Shown one piece after another: positions 12,021 through 24,488 of a DNA stretch of 64,000 nt. Positions within the stretch are counted from its first letter, which is position 1. Each line of letters opens with the position of its first letter. The notes beneath the pieces are model-generated. The model was not told the origin of the DNA. It did no database searches and saw nothing but the letters and a program-made list of their open reading frames with translations. Location: assembly GCF_006345805.1 (NCBI RefSeq), contig NC_042997.1, positions 22,630,001 through 22,694,000 on the forward strand, given 5' to 3'. This stretch comes from Octopus sinensis. Lineage: Eukaryota. A program made the position numbers and the translations under genes.

Positions 12021-12980
12021 TGCCATCTTAATAATAATAATAATAATTTTGAGGGAAGAAGGTTGGTTGCTTGGTTGCATGAATCCTAGTACTTGACTGG
12101 AACTTTATTTTATTAACACCAAAAGGACAAAAGGCAAAGTTGGCAACAACAAGATTTGACTGCTGAAATCTGCTGGATCAGAAGGAAAATGATGAAGATT
12201 TTGTCCAATGCACTAACAACTCAACCACTTTATCATCCCTGATTGTTTGTAATTTAGGCACTAAGCCAGTAATTTTGATGAGAGGTAGCTAGTCAATACC
12301 ATTGACTTCAGAAATTGACTAATATCTTATTGTATTAACACTAGAATGAAGAAAGGCACATTTGACCTCAGCAGGGTTTGAACTCAGAATGTAAAGAACT
12401 GGCACAAATACTGCAAGACATTTTCTCCAGTGCTCTAACAATTCAGCCACTATGATGATAATAATGTGTGTGTGTGTGTGTGTGTGTGTTTAAAGGCTAC
12501 TATGACTCTATTATGATGCAGTGTCCTAGCACATTAAATATTTAACCATTTACCAAGTAAGTGCAACTCAAGAAGATTTATCAAATATTTACTATGTATC
12601 TTAACTGAAATCATACATTTCATGAAAATAGTGTTACAGTACATAATAACATTGTTGTTTGTCACTGTAGACACAATGTAGCTATGTCATTAGTTCTTAT
12701 TTTATCAGCCTAGGGGAATAAAACATTATCAACCCAATTAAGGGACTCAAATTCATATTAGAATAATTCAATACATCTAATATCAAGCCATTCCATTCCC
12801 TGAGTTCTATGCAATTTTGTAGCGACTGATTTGTTTTCTATAGAAGAGTTCAGAGTATTACTATCCTGCCTCTATACTTTTGGTTTTTCTTTTTTTTTGT
12901 CGTTTGAGATATCTTTATTCATGATGTGATATTTTTAAAGAACTATATAATAAAAAAATATCTATCTGTTCCTTCCTTAG

Positions 12981-13048
12981 CTCCAGTTAGCAGCAGACAT
13001 TATTCAGAAGTTACATCTTATTGCACAAGAACTACCAAATGGTGAAAA
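12981..13048 (+). CDS. EXOC5: EXOC5 exon 4 (LQLAADIIQKLHLIAQELPNGE)
   Basis: ccttag/gtatgt, 68 nt; AADIIQKLHLIAQELP is conserved. Confidence 0.95.
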
Positions 13049-13568
13049 GTATGTTTGTTGAATTTTTATTTAATTTTAGTTGATTACATGTTTTGCATTT
13101 ATGTTTCTTGGGGTTTTTTTTTCATTCAGTATAATAATACATGCAATTGTGATTGTGTAATTAAGAAGCTTACTTCCCAAACATCCAGTGTAGTCTTCAG
13201 TTCCGTCTCATCACATGACACCTTGTCTTCTACTATAGCTCCAGGCTAACCAAACCCATGTGAGTGGAATTGGTAGACACACACTGAAAGAGGCCCCTTG
13301 TGTGTGCGTGTGTGTACATTTTTTCATTATGTAGATAATCATTTGATGGTTGTAAATGAGCATCATCATCATCATCCTCATACAAATGAGGTTGTTTGTT
13401 TCCAGTCTTTCATGGATAACATGCCTACCCATTGGAAAATATTACCTTGCTTGGAACCAGGTGAGAGTTGACAACAGAAAGGGCATCCAGCCATAGAAAA
13501 TCTGCCATAACAAATTCCATCTGACCCATGCAAGCATGGAAAGTGGAAGTTAAACTATTATATTAATA

Positions 13569-14390
13569 TTAAATTTGCTATGATGATTCGGTGTCTGACT
13601 GAAGATTGAAGGCTTCGAATGATTTGTCTGTGTTCCGTGTTCGTCCCTTCCTGTATTTCACATTCATTATATATAAAAACATTCATTCTTATATTATTGC
13701 GGCGTTACGTGCACCCCCCCGTTTGTTTGTCCAATTTTAAACCCTGCACGACTTCTATAACACACTGTCTTTTACTACCCGCCATTGCTTCTTCACCAAA
13801 CTTTTGGCGCCCTCCGATTCTTCCCCTCTCTTCCTCCATCCTCTTAATCCCTTCTTTCTCCTCCTCTCTTGGTCACTGATTCTGTCCCCTGCCTTCCACC
13901 CTCTTTGATTCCCTCTCTCTCTGTCTCTCTTTCTCTCTCTCCTGCGACTTGCTGCTTCTTCAACCATTCTGTTGGCCTTCGTATCTCGACCAACATGTGT
14001 CCCCGCTACCGAAACGGTAATTATTTCTCTACGCCAGCTGCTATGTTGTCGTTTTGTCTCATTTGGTCTAAAGTCGTATGACAACCACCGTTATATATGT
14101 TTTGTTTTTTCATTACTGTTTTCAATTTCGTTTTCGTCTCTTGTATTCACATCCGTCTTGTGCGTTCACATTCCTGTCTTCTACCAAGAAATCTAATGCT
14201 TACAGCTTAGTTTTTTTTCTGGGGGCTGGCCGAGTTGGAGCAAATATCAGAATTGAACAGCCGAAATTTGCTATGATGATTCGGTGTCTGACTGAAGATT
14301 GAAGGCTTCGAATGATTTGTCTGTGTTCCGTGTTCGTCCCTTCCTGTATTTCACATTCATTATATATAAAAACATTCATTCTTATATTAT
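13569..14390. mobile_element. ~820-bp non-coding element with 127-bp identical terminal direct repeats (PLE/TRIM-like, unclassified)
   Basis: 13571-13697 is identical to 14264-14390; TATTATATTAATA at 13556-13568 and 14385-14397 acts as a TSD-like duplication. Confidence 0.75.
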
Positions 14391-15410
14391 ATTAATAGTT
14401 GAATACTGAAAAAAAAAACTATAAATAAGCTGACAAATAATTCATTAGCTTGCAGTTTAGTGTTCTAATTATCTTACTATGGATGTTGTTGATCCTGCTA
14501 AAAATCAAATCGTCCATCTAACATCCACATCTCTCTAAAATTACACTCTGTTCCCTTAAAAACAAAAAGAATGAGCCCTGGCAGGAATGCCTTTTATATG
14601 CGATTTTCTCAGTCAGGGCTAACCTAACGTTAAAAACATGTAGACAGGAATTCCAGTCTAGAGAATGCATTATTTCTCAGGTATGTTGTGTTGTGAAAAC
14701 TGGAATAGACTGTTATACACCTTGTAGATCACTTCTGAAAGGTTGGTGACATACTCAAAATAATCTGTGAGGAAAATTTATACTTTGTTCTCAAAATCAC
14801 ACATTACTTCATCAACATACCTTAGGTCTATTCCTCTCAATTCCATGAGAAATTAGCAATTATTGTTAGGCTAAATCATCAACCATTATTAACATCAGAA
14901 ATGGTTATTACACTTCTGCATTGTCTTTATTCATATGTGGCCATACTGGTGCAATACTTCCTAGGGTTTTAGTCAGACCTATCTACTCCAGTTATCATTA
15001 TCATCATTTGTTTGTTTTTCTGAGCTTGTGTGGATTACATCTCACCACTTGTTGTGTTCCTTAACCACAGATGTATGTGTATACCTTTATGATAATTTCT
15101 AGAAATGTTCAGTAGTTTATTCAGATATATCATAATTCAAGGAAATTATTATTGTTATGCCAATCTATGCACTTTGACTTTTTAAGAAGAGTTAATGTAC
15201 TTTAAAACTGAATTGTCTACAAAATATCGATATTTTAAAACAGTTTTCATTTCCATTTTTTTTAAGGTTCTTAAATGTTGATAATTAAATAAAATATTTT
15301 TGGTCTAAAAGTGTTGTGTCCATTCTTGTTATCTGCAGTTGATATAGTGAATATTGTGCCTTAAGACTAAGAAAAGTTATTTACTTTTTAATATTTTGAT
15401 TTAATTTCAG

Positions 15411-15439
15411 ATTTGTGAAAGCAAGACAAAGAATATCAG
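15411..15439 (+). CDS. EXOC5: EXOC5 exon 5 (KFVKARQRIS), 29 nt
   Basis: tttcag/gtttgt; phases (2 in, 1 out) link exons 4 and 6 exactly. Confidence 0.88.
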
Positions 15440-16104
15440 GTTTGTATTTATAAACATTTAATTTCCAACAAGGTTTAAATAGTTTTGTCTAGTCATAGTA
15501 AAAACAAAAATCTGAAATTATAAAAGTTAATATTGAACCAACTTGGAATATGTTTTTCTTTTTTTTTTAAATACTATAGTCTTACTGCTCTTCATTTCTA
15601 ACACACTCTCCCTCCCCCTCTCTTTCTCTCATGCACACACAAATCTCTCTCAAATTATGCCTCCCGATAACATAAGTGAAAGCCACATTGGATCATGGTG
15701 TCCTAGATTTACTTTATGTAAAAATGTGATGGTATGGCCATAGCTTGGATGTTTTTGACCTTAGGTTTGCTTACTCAGAGCTTTCTCTGCCTAAATTCCA
15801 ATATATCATCATCCCTTGAATCTCTACATTAGGACAAACACCTCAGTGGTGCCCCACAAATTTAATAAGTTCTATGAAAGTTTATTTAGCTTGTGCCAGT
15901 ATTAACGAAATTGTAAAGGAACATAGGTACCACAGTTCTTCCTCTTTTTTTTTAATGTTAACATTGCTTTCTAAATTGAATTCTGTATATTTTTGTGCGT
16001 GTATGGTATATAATTTGAGTATCTCCATCTTAAGCTTTAATGGTTGTAATTGGCAGTTAACTATTTTACTTTCATTCTGTTCTAACTATATTGTTGGTTT
16101 ATAG

Positions 16105-16214
16105 ATAAATATAACCAGGTGGAAAATGAGTTGATTGAAGAATTCAGAATTGCACATCATGAAGGGGACACTCGCAAAATGAGAAGAGTTGCTGCCGTGC
16201 TACAAAATTTCAAG
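16105..16214 (+). CDS. EXOC5: EXOC5 exon 6 (DKYNQVENELIEEF...VAAVLQNFK)
   Basis: ttatag/gtattc, 110 nt; resembles KYHDLE.QLIQEF...MREVAAVL.HFK. Confidence 0.94.
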
Positions 16215-17295
16215 GTATTCATTGATTATGTGATCACCTGTATTTACAAATTCAATAGCCCCTTACCCGGCAAAGACAAGTTAACTCGTCTTCACCTAAC
16301 TTATCTTTTTCAAAGTGCGACAAGTAAACTCATCCAAAACATGTAATTTCAAAAACAGCCACAGATGAGTTTATACATCAATTTTCAGCATTTCTTTTTT
16401 TATTATTTATTTATTTTTTACAAATTACACCTAGATGTCAAGCTCAGAAAAATATATGTATAAAAAAAAAAGATTTTTGAGAAAACATGCTAAAAAGGAG
16501 TAAAATAAATGTGTATTCTCCTTTACCTTTGATGATAAAGTTAGAAAAAAAAGCAATACATAAAAAAATATTTAAAATGTATGGGAAGATGAGCTATCTC
16601 ATTTTTGCTGAAAATAGTATCTTCAAAATAAAATTTCAAGTAAAATATTGGAAATAGATAAAAACAAAAGTTATTTCCATAATCAGCATTAAAAAGACTA
16701 TAAAAAAAGCAATAAAAAATTTGTCTGAAAATGAAATGTTTTCTCAAAAAAAAGTTGCTGGGGAAGGGCTTAGTAAGAAGTAAATGGTATTCCCATATAA
16801 AATTGTGGAAGCAATTTAATTGTTGAATAATGTTGTGAGAAAATGCACCTTGTATTCTCTGTAAAGCAATCAGCAATAGGTAGACATCAAGACATAGAAA
16901 TCAAGCCAAACTTGACATGTTCAAGCACCAGGCTGTTAAAGCAGTGGTTCCCAAGAAACAATACTCAAATCATGACAGCCCATCCAACCCATACCAGCAT
17001 AGAAAACAAAGGTAAAAATGCTAGTCATGATGATGACTGCCCTTTATGTAGTAATTGTGAAACGAGTTATTTTTACTGAGGTTGATTCCAGACGCTCATA
17101 AAACATACATATATAAGGGGATATCTAGAATTGAACTGCTGACTTGGCTGTTAATATACAGAATCAGTTGAATTTTGAAAATTAGTTCAGTTTATCATTT
17201 TAGTTTTTTTTTTAATATTATATTTTGACTGTTGTAATTTAAAAGAAATCATCAATATAAATGATGAATTTTACTTTTATGATTTTATATTACAA

Positions 17296-18086
17296 CTAGC
17301 AGCATAGCCCGGCATTGCCCGGGTATGTAAGAGCCCCTAGTAGGCAGCGACTAATCCCAATCTAGTCCTTTCCCTCTAGGGAACGAAGGCGCATGTGTAG
17401 GTTGCAATGTCTTCTCTTCACTCCCAAATAACTATCAAACAGCTATCGATAATTCAACCCAACCAATTCCTACCAGGAAGAAATTACATTCGAGACTTTA
17501 CCCCCACTTCTGCTAATAGCTGCTGCAGCCGCAAGTTATTTGAATACTTTTTTTGTTTACACATTCTTTATAACTACCACCCCAAACGTTTTACCTTAAA
17601 TTTTTGACATACCCTAAGGGTCTTCGGGCGCTACTTGCAAACTCTTGGTTTATTATAAACCACTTTTGTCGTGTGCACCAAAAAAACCTTTTCCATTCGT
17701 TTGTTCAGTTTGGTCACTTTTGACTTTTTCGTTGTTGTCACTCACATTGCTGCCTGCTTTTTTGCCGTTTTTGTACATTTTTATACATTTTGGGATACTT
17801 ACCCCACATGTTCCGAGAGTTAAAAAGGTCGAGTTGCGTCCCCTAGACAGTCTGTAGAAAATGTGTTGCATGTAAAAAGCTTAGATTCTCGACCCATGTC
17901 GAATTTATCGATTTTTTTTCAGAACTGGGGGAACTTTTCAAAATTTTCACTGCATTAGTTTTGAATTATGACATTGGGCTATGTGTGTGTCAAGTTTCAT
18001 CAGAATCGGTCGAAAGCCGTGGTCAGGGTGAGGGTACAACCTGACAGACACACAGACAGACAAACTGACGTTTATATATAGAGAGA
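17296..18086 (-). mobile_element. Non-autonomous Helitron (long variant)
   Basis: Minus strand begins A|TCTCTCTATATATAAA and ends with hairpin CCCGGGCAATGCCGGG and CTAG|T; 5' ~260 nt shared with 59655-60036. Confidence 0.8.
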
Positions 18087-18149
18087 TAAATATCTCATAA
18101 TCATTTAATGTTTGCCATTTGACATTAATGTTTTTTGGTTTCTTTTCAG

Positions 18150-18194
18150 AGTTACAGTCAATGTATTGAATCTTTTATAGAAGAAACACAAAAG
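18150..18194 (+). CDS. EXOC5: EXOC5 exon 7 (SYSQCIESFIEETQK)
   Basis: ttttcag/gtaact, 45 nt, phase 0-0. Confidence 0.9.
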
Positions 18195-19240
18195 GTAACT
18201 ATAATTCTTACTAACGAAATATTTTAGTTATTATTGTGGATGTTTTTATTATAAAAGCAAGAACCCCAAGCAAAAATCAGATAGTCACTTGGTGACAACT
18301 GAGTTAGTTGGCTCATGACAACTCAATCAGTTAGTTAATGAATGACAAACGTGCGTCAGAGACAGCTACCATCAGTTAGGGAGCAGAATGCTAGAATCAT
18401 GATCCAAAACAAGGTAGCTACTAAAGACAATGGTCAAATGGAGAAATGAAATTTACTGTCAGCATCTATGAGACCCACCTTCCCACATTCTCTCAATTTC
18501 ACTAACTCATTTTGTCTTCTCTGCACATTACCATATCTCTCTCTATGGTTTACTACTACAATACAAATACACTGGCCGAAATTAAATTTTTCACTTTGCA
18601 CACTCCAGGATTTTATCACCTGCCCGTCGAGGCAAGATATATTCAATGTAATGGTAAATAAATATTTTCTTCACAACTTCAATCACTGATATTTCATCTT
18701 TATGTAATGGCAATCAACTGAGAACCAATCCTTACAAACAGATTACATCCATCCTTCTGTGTATCAACTATCGTTTATCATTTCTCCATTTACTAATTAA
18801 TTTCATCCATTACATATATATATATATATACACACACATACACATCAGGCTTCTTTCAGTTTCCATCTACCAAATCCACTCACAAGGTTTTGGATAGTCC
18901 AAGGCAATAGTAGAAGACATTTTCCCAGGGTCAGTAATGTTACAAGCTAGAAAAAGAATATTTACATAAAATTCCTTATTAGTAACAGAAGCAGTAGTAT
19001 TCCAAAATACCATTCCATACATCTTTTTAGCTCTATATGTCTATGTGAGAAGCTTTTTCAAGATGAATACCGCAGTTGTGTGGCTCTTCTAAACTATATC
19101 CATATTAAGTAAGATTCACACAACATCCTCCACTTGACATTTTTGCCAAAAGAATTTCATTATATAATTGAATTTTCTAACATTTCAATCCATTTTTACT
19201 TATTTTGATTCAAGTTAATGGTCTCTTATTTATATTTCAG

Positions 19241-19381
19241 GGATGCTTCACATCAGATGATATCTTTGATGAGATTCTGCCATTGTGTACCAAAACAAAT
19301 GAATTAATCAACAGCGTTTTTGCCAATCCTGAAATTGTAATGGGGAAATTAGTACAAAAAATCTATCTTGGTAAACTTCAG
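19241..19381 (+). CDS. EXOC5: EXOC5 exon 8 (GCFTSDDIFDEILPLC...GKLQ)
   Basis: tttcag/gtaatg, 141 nt; F.NPE.V..KL.Q motif. Confidence 0.94.
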
Positions 19382-19587
19382 GTAATGTAAATAATCTCAT
19401 TAATATATAAAGCAGCTACATTTTTTATTATATCATCATAATCATTTTCATTTTATGTTCACTCTCCATGCTGGAATGGGTTGGACTTTTGTCATGCCTG
19501 TGCCAGCAAAGTCAAAACAGATGTAAAATTATGATTATCATCATTTTGTGTGGTGTATGTATATATGTGTGTATATATGTATATATA

Positions 19588-19624
<37 letters not shown>

Positions 19625-19632
<8 letters not shown>

Positions 19633-19935
19633 AGTATTTATGTATGTGTATATATATGTAAATATGTGCATATATATGTATATGTATGTATGTAAGTATG
19701 TATGTGTGTATATATATGTAAATATGTGCATATATATGTATATGTATGTATGTAAGTATGTATGTGTGTATATATATGTAAATATGTGCATATATATGTA
19801 TATGTATGTATGTATGTAAGTATGTATGTGTGTATATATATGTAAATATGTGCATATATATGTATATGTATGTATGTAAGTATGTATGTATGTGTATATA
19901 TATGTAAATATGTGCATATATATGTATATGTATGT
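19625..19935. repeat. ~60-64-bp minisatellite, about 5 copies, built from TA/TATG microsatellite
   Basis: Unit TATATATGTAAATATGTGCATATATATGTATATGTATGTATGTAAGTATGTATGTGTG recurs at a 60-nt period (19681 and 19741 lines are identical). Confidence 0.9.
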
Positions 19936-20129
19936 GTGTATATATATGTGTATGTATATATATATATTTGTATATATATGTATGTATCACCATCATCTAC
20001 ACATGCACACACACATGCGCACCTTTGTTTTGGGCTCACCGCTACTTTATTATCTCCTCTTCTTCCTAGCTCTCCTGTGTGACCCCTCTGTCCAGTATTC
20101 GCCACAATAGATCACTAGCCACTACACGT

Positions 20130-20275
20130 TCTTAATTTTCTCTCCTTGTTTCTTTCTGTGGAAGAGCGTAGGCTCGAAACGTTAAAGACTTTTTCACTTC
20201 CCAAGTGTTAAACTAATACATCTATTTATTGTCTACACCACCTGATTTCGTCTTTTGTTATTTTGTGAATTATCC
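20130..20275 (+). mobile_element. Penelope-like terminal-repeat fragment
   Basis: GAAGAGCGTAGGCTCGAAACGTT motif (GAGC/GCTC stem, GAAAC, palindromic AACGTT) resembles hammerhead-like PLE termini; family assignment from memory. Confidence 0.45.
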
Positions 20276-20489
20276 CTATATGTTTATATATATGTATGTA
20301 AATATATATATATATCTGTGTGTGTGTATACATATATGTGTGTGTGTGTATGTATGTGTGTATATATATATGTGTATATATATGTATATATATATATGTG
20401 TGTGTGTGTGTATATATGTATGTATGTATACATATATACTTTGGTAAGTTTTGGCCAGTATTGGCCCAGGTTATGTCTAATTTAGTAGC

Positions 20490-20950
20490 ACCACCTAATG
20501 AAGTCATTCAAACCAGGATTCAGACAACATGGCCCACTCAGTTAGAGAGTTATTGTTTATGAAGACATATCTGAGTGTAGGGCATTTATCCAGAGTTTCT
20601 TGAAGGAATTTGTCCAAAGACTTTTTGAACTTTATGAGGTCTGTTTCTGCTTTAATGTGTTTTGGTTTAATGTTAAAGAAAGTGGGGCTAATTGAGGTGA
20701 AATAATTGTGCCGTATTGTTGTTATGAGATGCAAGTGTGGTTTATGTTGTGGGTGAATAGCACGGGGCCCAAGCCTTGGGTGTATATTAAAGGTGATGCC
20801 AACATTATTTGAGCAATGTTGATGGAATATTTTCCACATCATGCAGATGATGTAGCGCTCACTGCGAAGTTGGAAAGAATAAAGTTTGAGCTTTTCTAGT
20901 CAATCTCAATAGTCAAAGCCTGTCATGCCATCTATCTTTTTTTTGCAATT
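20490..20950 (-). mobile_element. Degenerate CR1/L2/Jockey-group LINE 3' fragment
   Basis: Peptide ...PTFFNIKPKHIKAETDLIKFKKSLDKFLQETLDKCPTLRY...NNSL resembles LINE C-termini (LFN.LP..I.....F K..LD.FL..NSL). Confidence 0.6.
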
Positions 20951-21122
20951 GACCTTTGAAGTGCTTCAACTTTCATGATACTTTGTTTTGTGTGGGGACA
21001 AAGTGGAGAAGAGAAGGATAATTGTGTGGATATCTCTCAATTGGAAAGTTCTGAGAATCCAGGAACATATTCTGCAGGCCATGTCAACTTTACATTTTAT
21101 ATGAGCAGCCCAGCTTATGTTG

Positions 21123-21177
<55 letters not shown>

Positions 21178-21179
21178 AT

Positions 21180-21785
21180 CATCATCATCATTTAATGCCC
21201 GTTGTCCATGCTGGCATGGGCTGGACAGTTTGACTGGGCTGGCATGCTGGAAAGCTGCTCCAGTCTGATTTGGCATAGTTTTCTATGACTGGATGCCCTT
21301 CCTAACTCCAACCACTCCAAGAGTGTAATGAGTGCTTTTACATGCTACCGGCACGGGTGCCAATTGCATGACACCGGGGTGCATGTACATGCCACCAGCA
21401 CAGATGCCAATTTGCGTGACACCAGTATCTACCACAACTGCACTTTTACTTGACTTAATGGATCTTCTTCTCTAGCACAACATAATGCCAAATGTCTTGA
21501 TCATTGCCTCCATGAGGCCCAACACTCGAAAGGAACTCAGCCACTTTGCCTCTGTGAAGCCCAACATTCAAAAGATGTTCTTTATGTGCCACCAGCACAG
21601 GTGCACTTGGCTTGACAGGTACTCTCAAGCACAGCACATTACCAAACGTCTCAGTCCCCAGTCATTGCCTCTGTGAGGCTCAAAGTTCAAAGATCCTGCT
21701 TCACCACCTCATCCCATGCCTTCCTGGGTCTACCTCTACCACAGGTTCCCTCCACAGTCAGAGATCGGCAATTCTTTACACAATG
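21180..21785 (-). mobile_element. RTE 3'-end fragment (thumb remnant + 3'UTR)
   Basis: Minus strand encodes VKNCRSLTVEGTCGRGRPRKAWDEVVKQDL and ends in a (GAT)n tail. Confidence 0.85.
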
Positions 21786-23457
21786 TGTGTGTGTGCGTAT
21801 GAATATATGAATATGTGTATGTATGTATATACATATGTATATACGTGTATATGTATATAAGCTGAGCTTCACAGAGGAGATGACAAAAGACTGAGACAAT
21901 CAGCAATTTGCTGTACTTGAGGTAACCTATCCAGCTAAGTAAAATTGAAGCCCTAAAAGCATGTCTTTTATGCTCGTGCCCCATACACATTCTATCCCTG
22001 CCAAAACTTTCCCCCATGTCCCATCTTCCTGACACTCTCCTTCCTTCCACCTGTGCTCACCATCAGCTGTATTCCTCCACTTCATATCTCAGTCTTTCCA
22101 GTCAAATCTCTTCCCCACAACATATCCTCCTAACAACCCTGCCACTCCACCTTCCAATCTCCTTTTGCAGTCTTATGAACTAACCCACTCACTCACCCTA
22201 TTCAATCCTTGGTCCCACTTCACTTATGTACACCCCCTTAACTTTAGTGTACCCCTGCCACCATCACATCTTCACCATATTCTCTCTCCCCACTCCCCCT
22301 CATCTCGAGGCAGCTATGTATCTTCTTTACTGCAAGGCACTTATTTCTACTCACACCCTAGTCTGTCATCTGGCACAAAGCTACCTTCCTCAAGACTACT
22401 TACCGCCTTATCAGTCGAGGGGTCTTGATTATAAATTATTTGATGACTTCATGGCTGTTGGTGCCATGTCAAACATATCCAGTTCACTCTCTGGAGTGAT
22501 TGACATTAGGAAGGGCATCCAAGCAGAGAGTAGAGCTTGGTACAGTCTTCTGACTTGCCAGCTCTTGTCCAGACTGTTCAACCCATGTCAGCATGGAAAT
22601 CAGATGTTAAATAATGATGATGATGATGATGATGATATATACGCATACACACACACACTCCATATGCAAAAATGCATGTTGGTAACACTTGAATGTCAAA
22701 TAAAATATTCTCTCACACATACATCAATTTAAAAAATTGCTCCTATTTAGATTTTTCATTCCTGCTTTGTTTAATATCTTTCCTTCTGTTTTTAACATTA
22801 ACATTAAATAAATTGTGAAAAAAAACACCTGTTGGCCCTTTAATGAGTTGGAGGGTCAACTACTAAAAGCTTTAGAGAGTATTGTGATCAAGACAGCCTC
22901 TTGGAGCCAGGCTATTATTATCTACAGCTGGAAATGACAAGTAAATAGAATGATTCAACCAAAAATCAAACCAGCATTACAAACATTGGCTATAACCATG
23001 CCTGTGCCTATAGCCACAGCTGGGCCTGATAATAGAAATGAGTTTTATGCTAAAATTTATTTCCTCTAGTTGTTACATTTCAATGATTGAAATTCATTTG
23101 ATTTTTCAGGAAAGTGTGTTAGAAAAATTATGAGCACTTAGCTAAATGCCTTACTGAATTTAGCCTTATCCTTCAGCAACACATTGAGTTGAAATCCTAC
23201 TTCACCATTCAACCTTTCTGGAACAATAAAATATGTAGGAGAATATACTAGAATCAATTTAATCTTCTCCATAAAAGGATTGGCTACACACTTACTCAAG
23301 AGAAATCAATAATATATTTCATGCTATTCTAGAATAATTGAGAGATGATGTACTTGGCTATTATCAAAAAACTTTTCAAAAACCCACTTAAGATTTTAAA
23401 AATTACAACTCAAAAACAAAATTTCTTAATCAATTATATTTTTATTAACTTCCCAGG

Positions 23458-23533
23458 AAACTATTTCTAAAAAGTTGGACATCCAGACTGATCCTGAGCA
23501 GTATTTAACTAATTTATATGATCTTTATACAAG
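23458..23533 (+). CDS. EXOC5: EXOC5 exon 9 (..TISKKLDIQTDPEQYLTNLYDLYT); 5' phase conflicts with exon 8
   Basis: ttcccag/gtaatc; the D.EQYL.NLYDLYT motif is unmistakable, but the homologous frame starts 2 nt after the acceptor while exon 8 ends in phase 0. Confidence 0.85.
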
Positions 23534-24377
23534 GTAATCTTATTCGTTATTTTTCCTTTCTTTTCTTCAAATTATAACAAAATTATAATTTTCTGGGCTT
23601 AATTTTTGGTATATTTAGATCCACACTTTATTTTGATTGATTTCATCTCCACTCATTATCTTTGAATGTATATATAATAACCACTGTTTTGATTTGATCT
23701 GGTACACTTTATTTTTAAAACAAATGTAATAATGTTATTCTACATTATAAACATTGAATTGAAACCCAAAAGAAACCCAGCTACTTGACAGGGCACAAAT
23801 TATATAGCTAATCTTTTTAGGGCAACAGCATTACATTAGACAGCATCTACCATTCTGTATCAAATTTTATATTATAATTTATTTTTGCTTTTTTAACTTT
23901 ACTTTCAGTAAGGCTCTCTCTCTCTCTCCATTAAAAATATAGTTAATTCATATGAATAATAACATTTTCATTGACTAAGCCACTTGTTAAAGATAAAATT
24001 ATATGTAACTACCTGTCAACAGATCACAAAGATGTCTGGCATCTATTTACAATTAGTGTTTAAAAGGTCAACTCTTGATACCAAGCACTGATAGCATAGA
24101 AAACACATTCTTTTTAGTTTTAAATGAAAGTTAGTACTGTTTATAAAAAAGATACTTCCAGCAATAATTAGTATGTAACACAAAGTAGATAACTAGTTAC
24201 ATTTGGTCCTCTTGTAACATGTTGCCACCAGTGATCTTCATCATTTTCACTTAGTTATAAGGAAGCTGCTGTAAAGCAAATCTTACACCAAAAGTTCTGT
24301 GCATCTGAATAAAACAGTTTTTCTACTACTCTTATTTTTGCTATATTAAACTGATTCTTTTGTTTGTTATTTTTCAG

Positions 24378-24488
24378 GACAGCTAAGTTATCAAATGACC
24401 TATCCAAGTTCAAATTAAGTAATGACAGTTCTTTTCTAAATAAACAGACAAAAAGTATTTTTCACAAACATCTTGAAGCATATATAAG
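24378..24488 (+). CDS. EXOC5: EXOC5 exon 10 (RTAKLSNDLSKFKL...HLEAYI)
   Basis: ttttcag/gtaagg, 111 nt, phase 2-2. Confidence 0.92.

Noticed and set aside
12975-12996. Tandem AG acceptors at EXOC5 exon 4
   Set aside because: An in-frame alternative at 12986 would delete only two residues; common and unsupported without reads.
18290-18800. Non-repetitive-looking intronic block tested for coding remnants
   Set aside because: All frames I translated are interrupted and show no motif I can name.
19468-20562. Several 70-155-aa His/Thr/Ile/Tyr-rich ORFs (also 47379-47845, 55042-55384)
   Set aside because: Stop-poor frames of TA/CA/TATG microsatellites, not genes.
22226-22732. 168-aa ORF
   Set aside because: Runs across a C-rich RTE-type 3'UTR variant, a tail fragment and (GAT)n; no protein motif.
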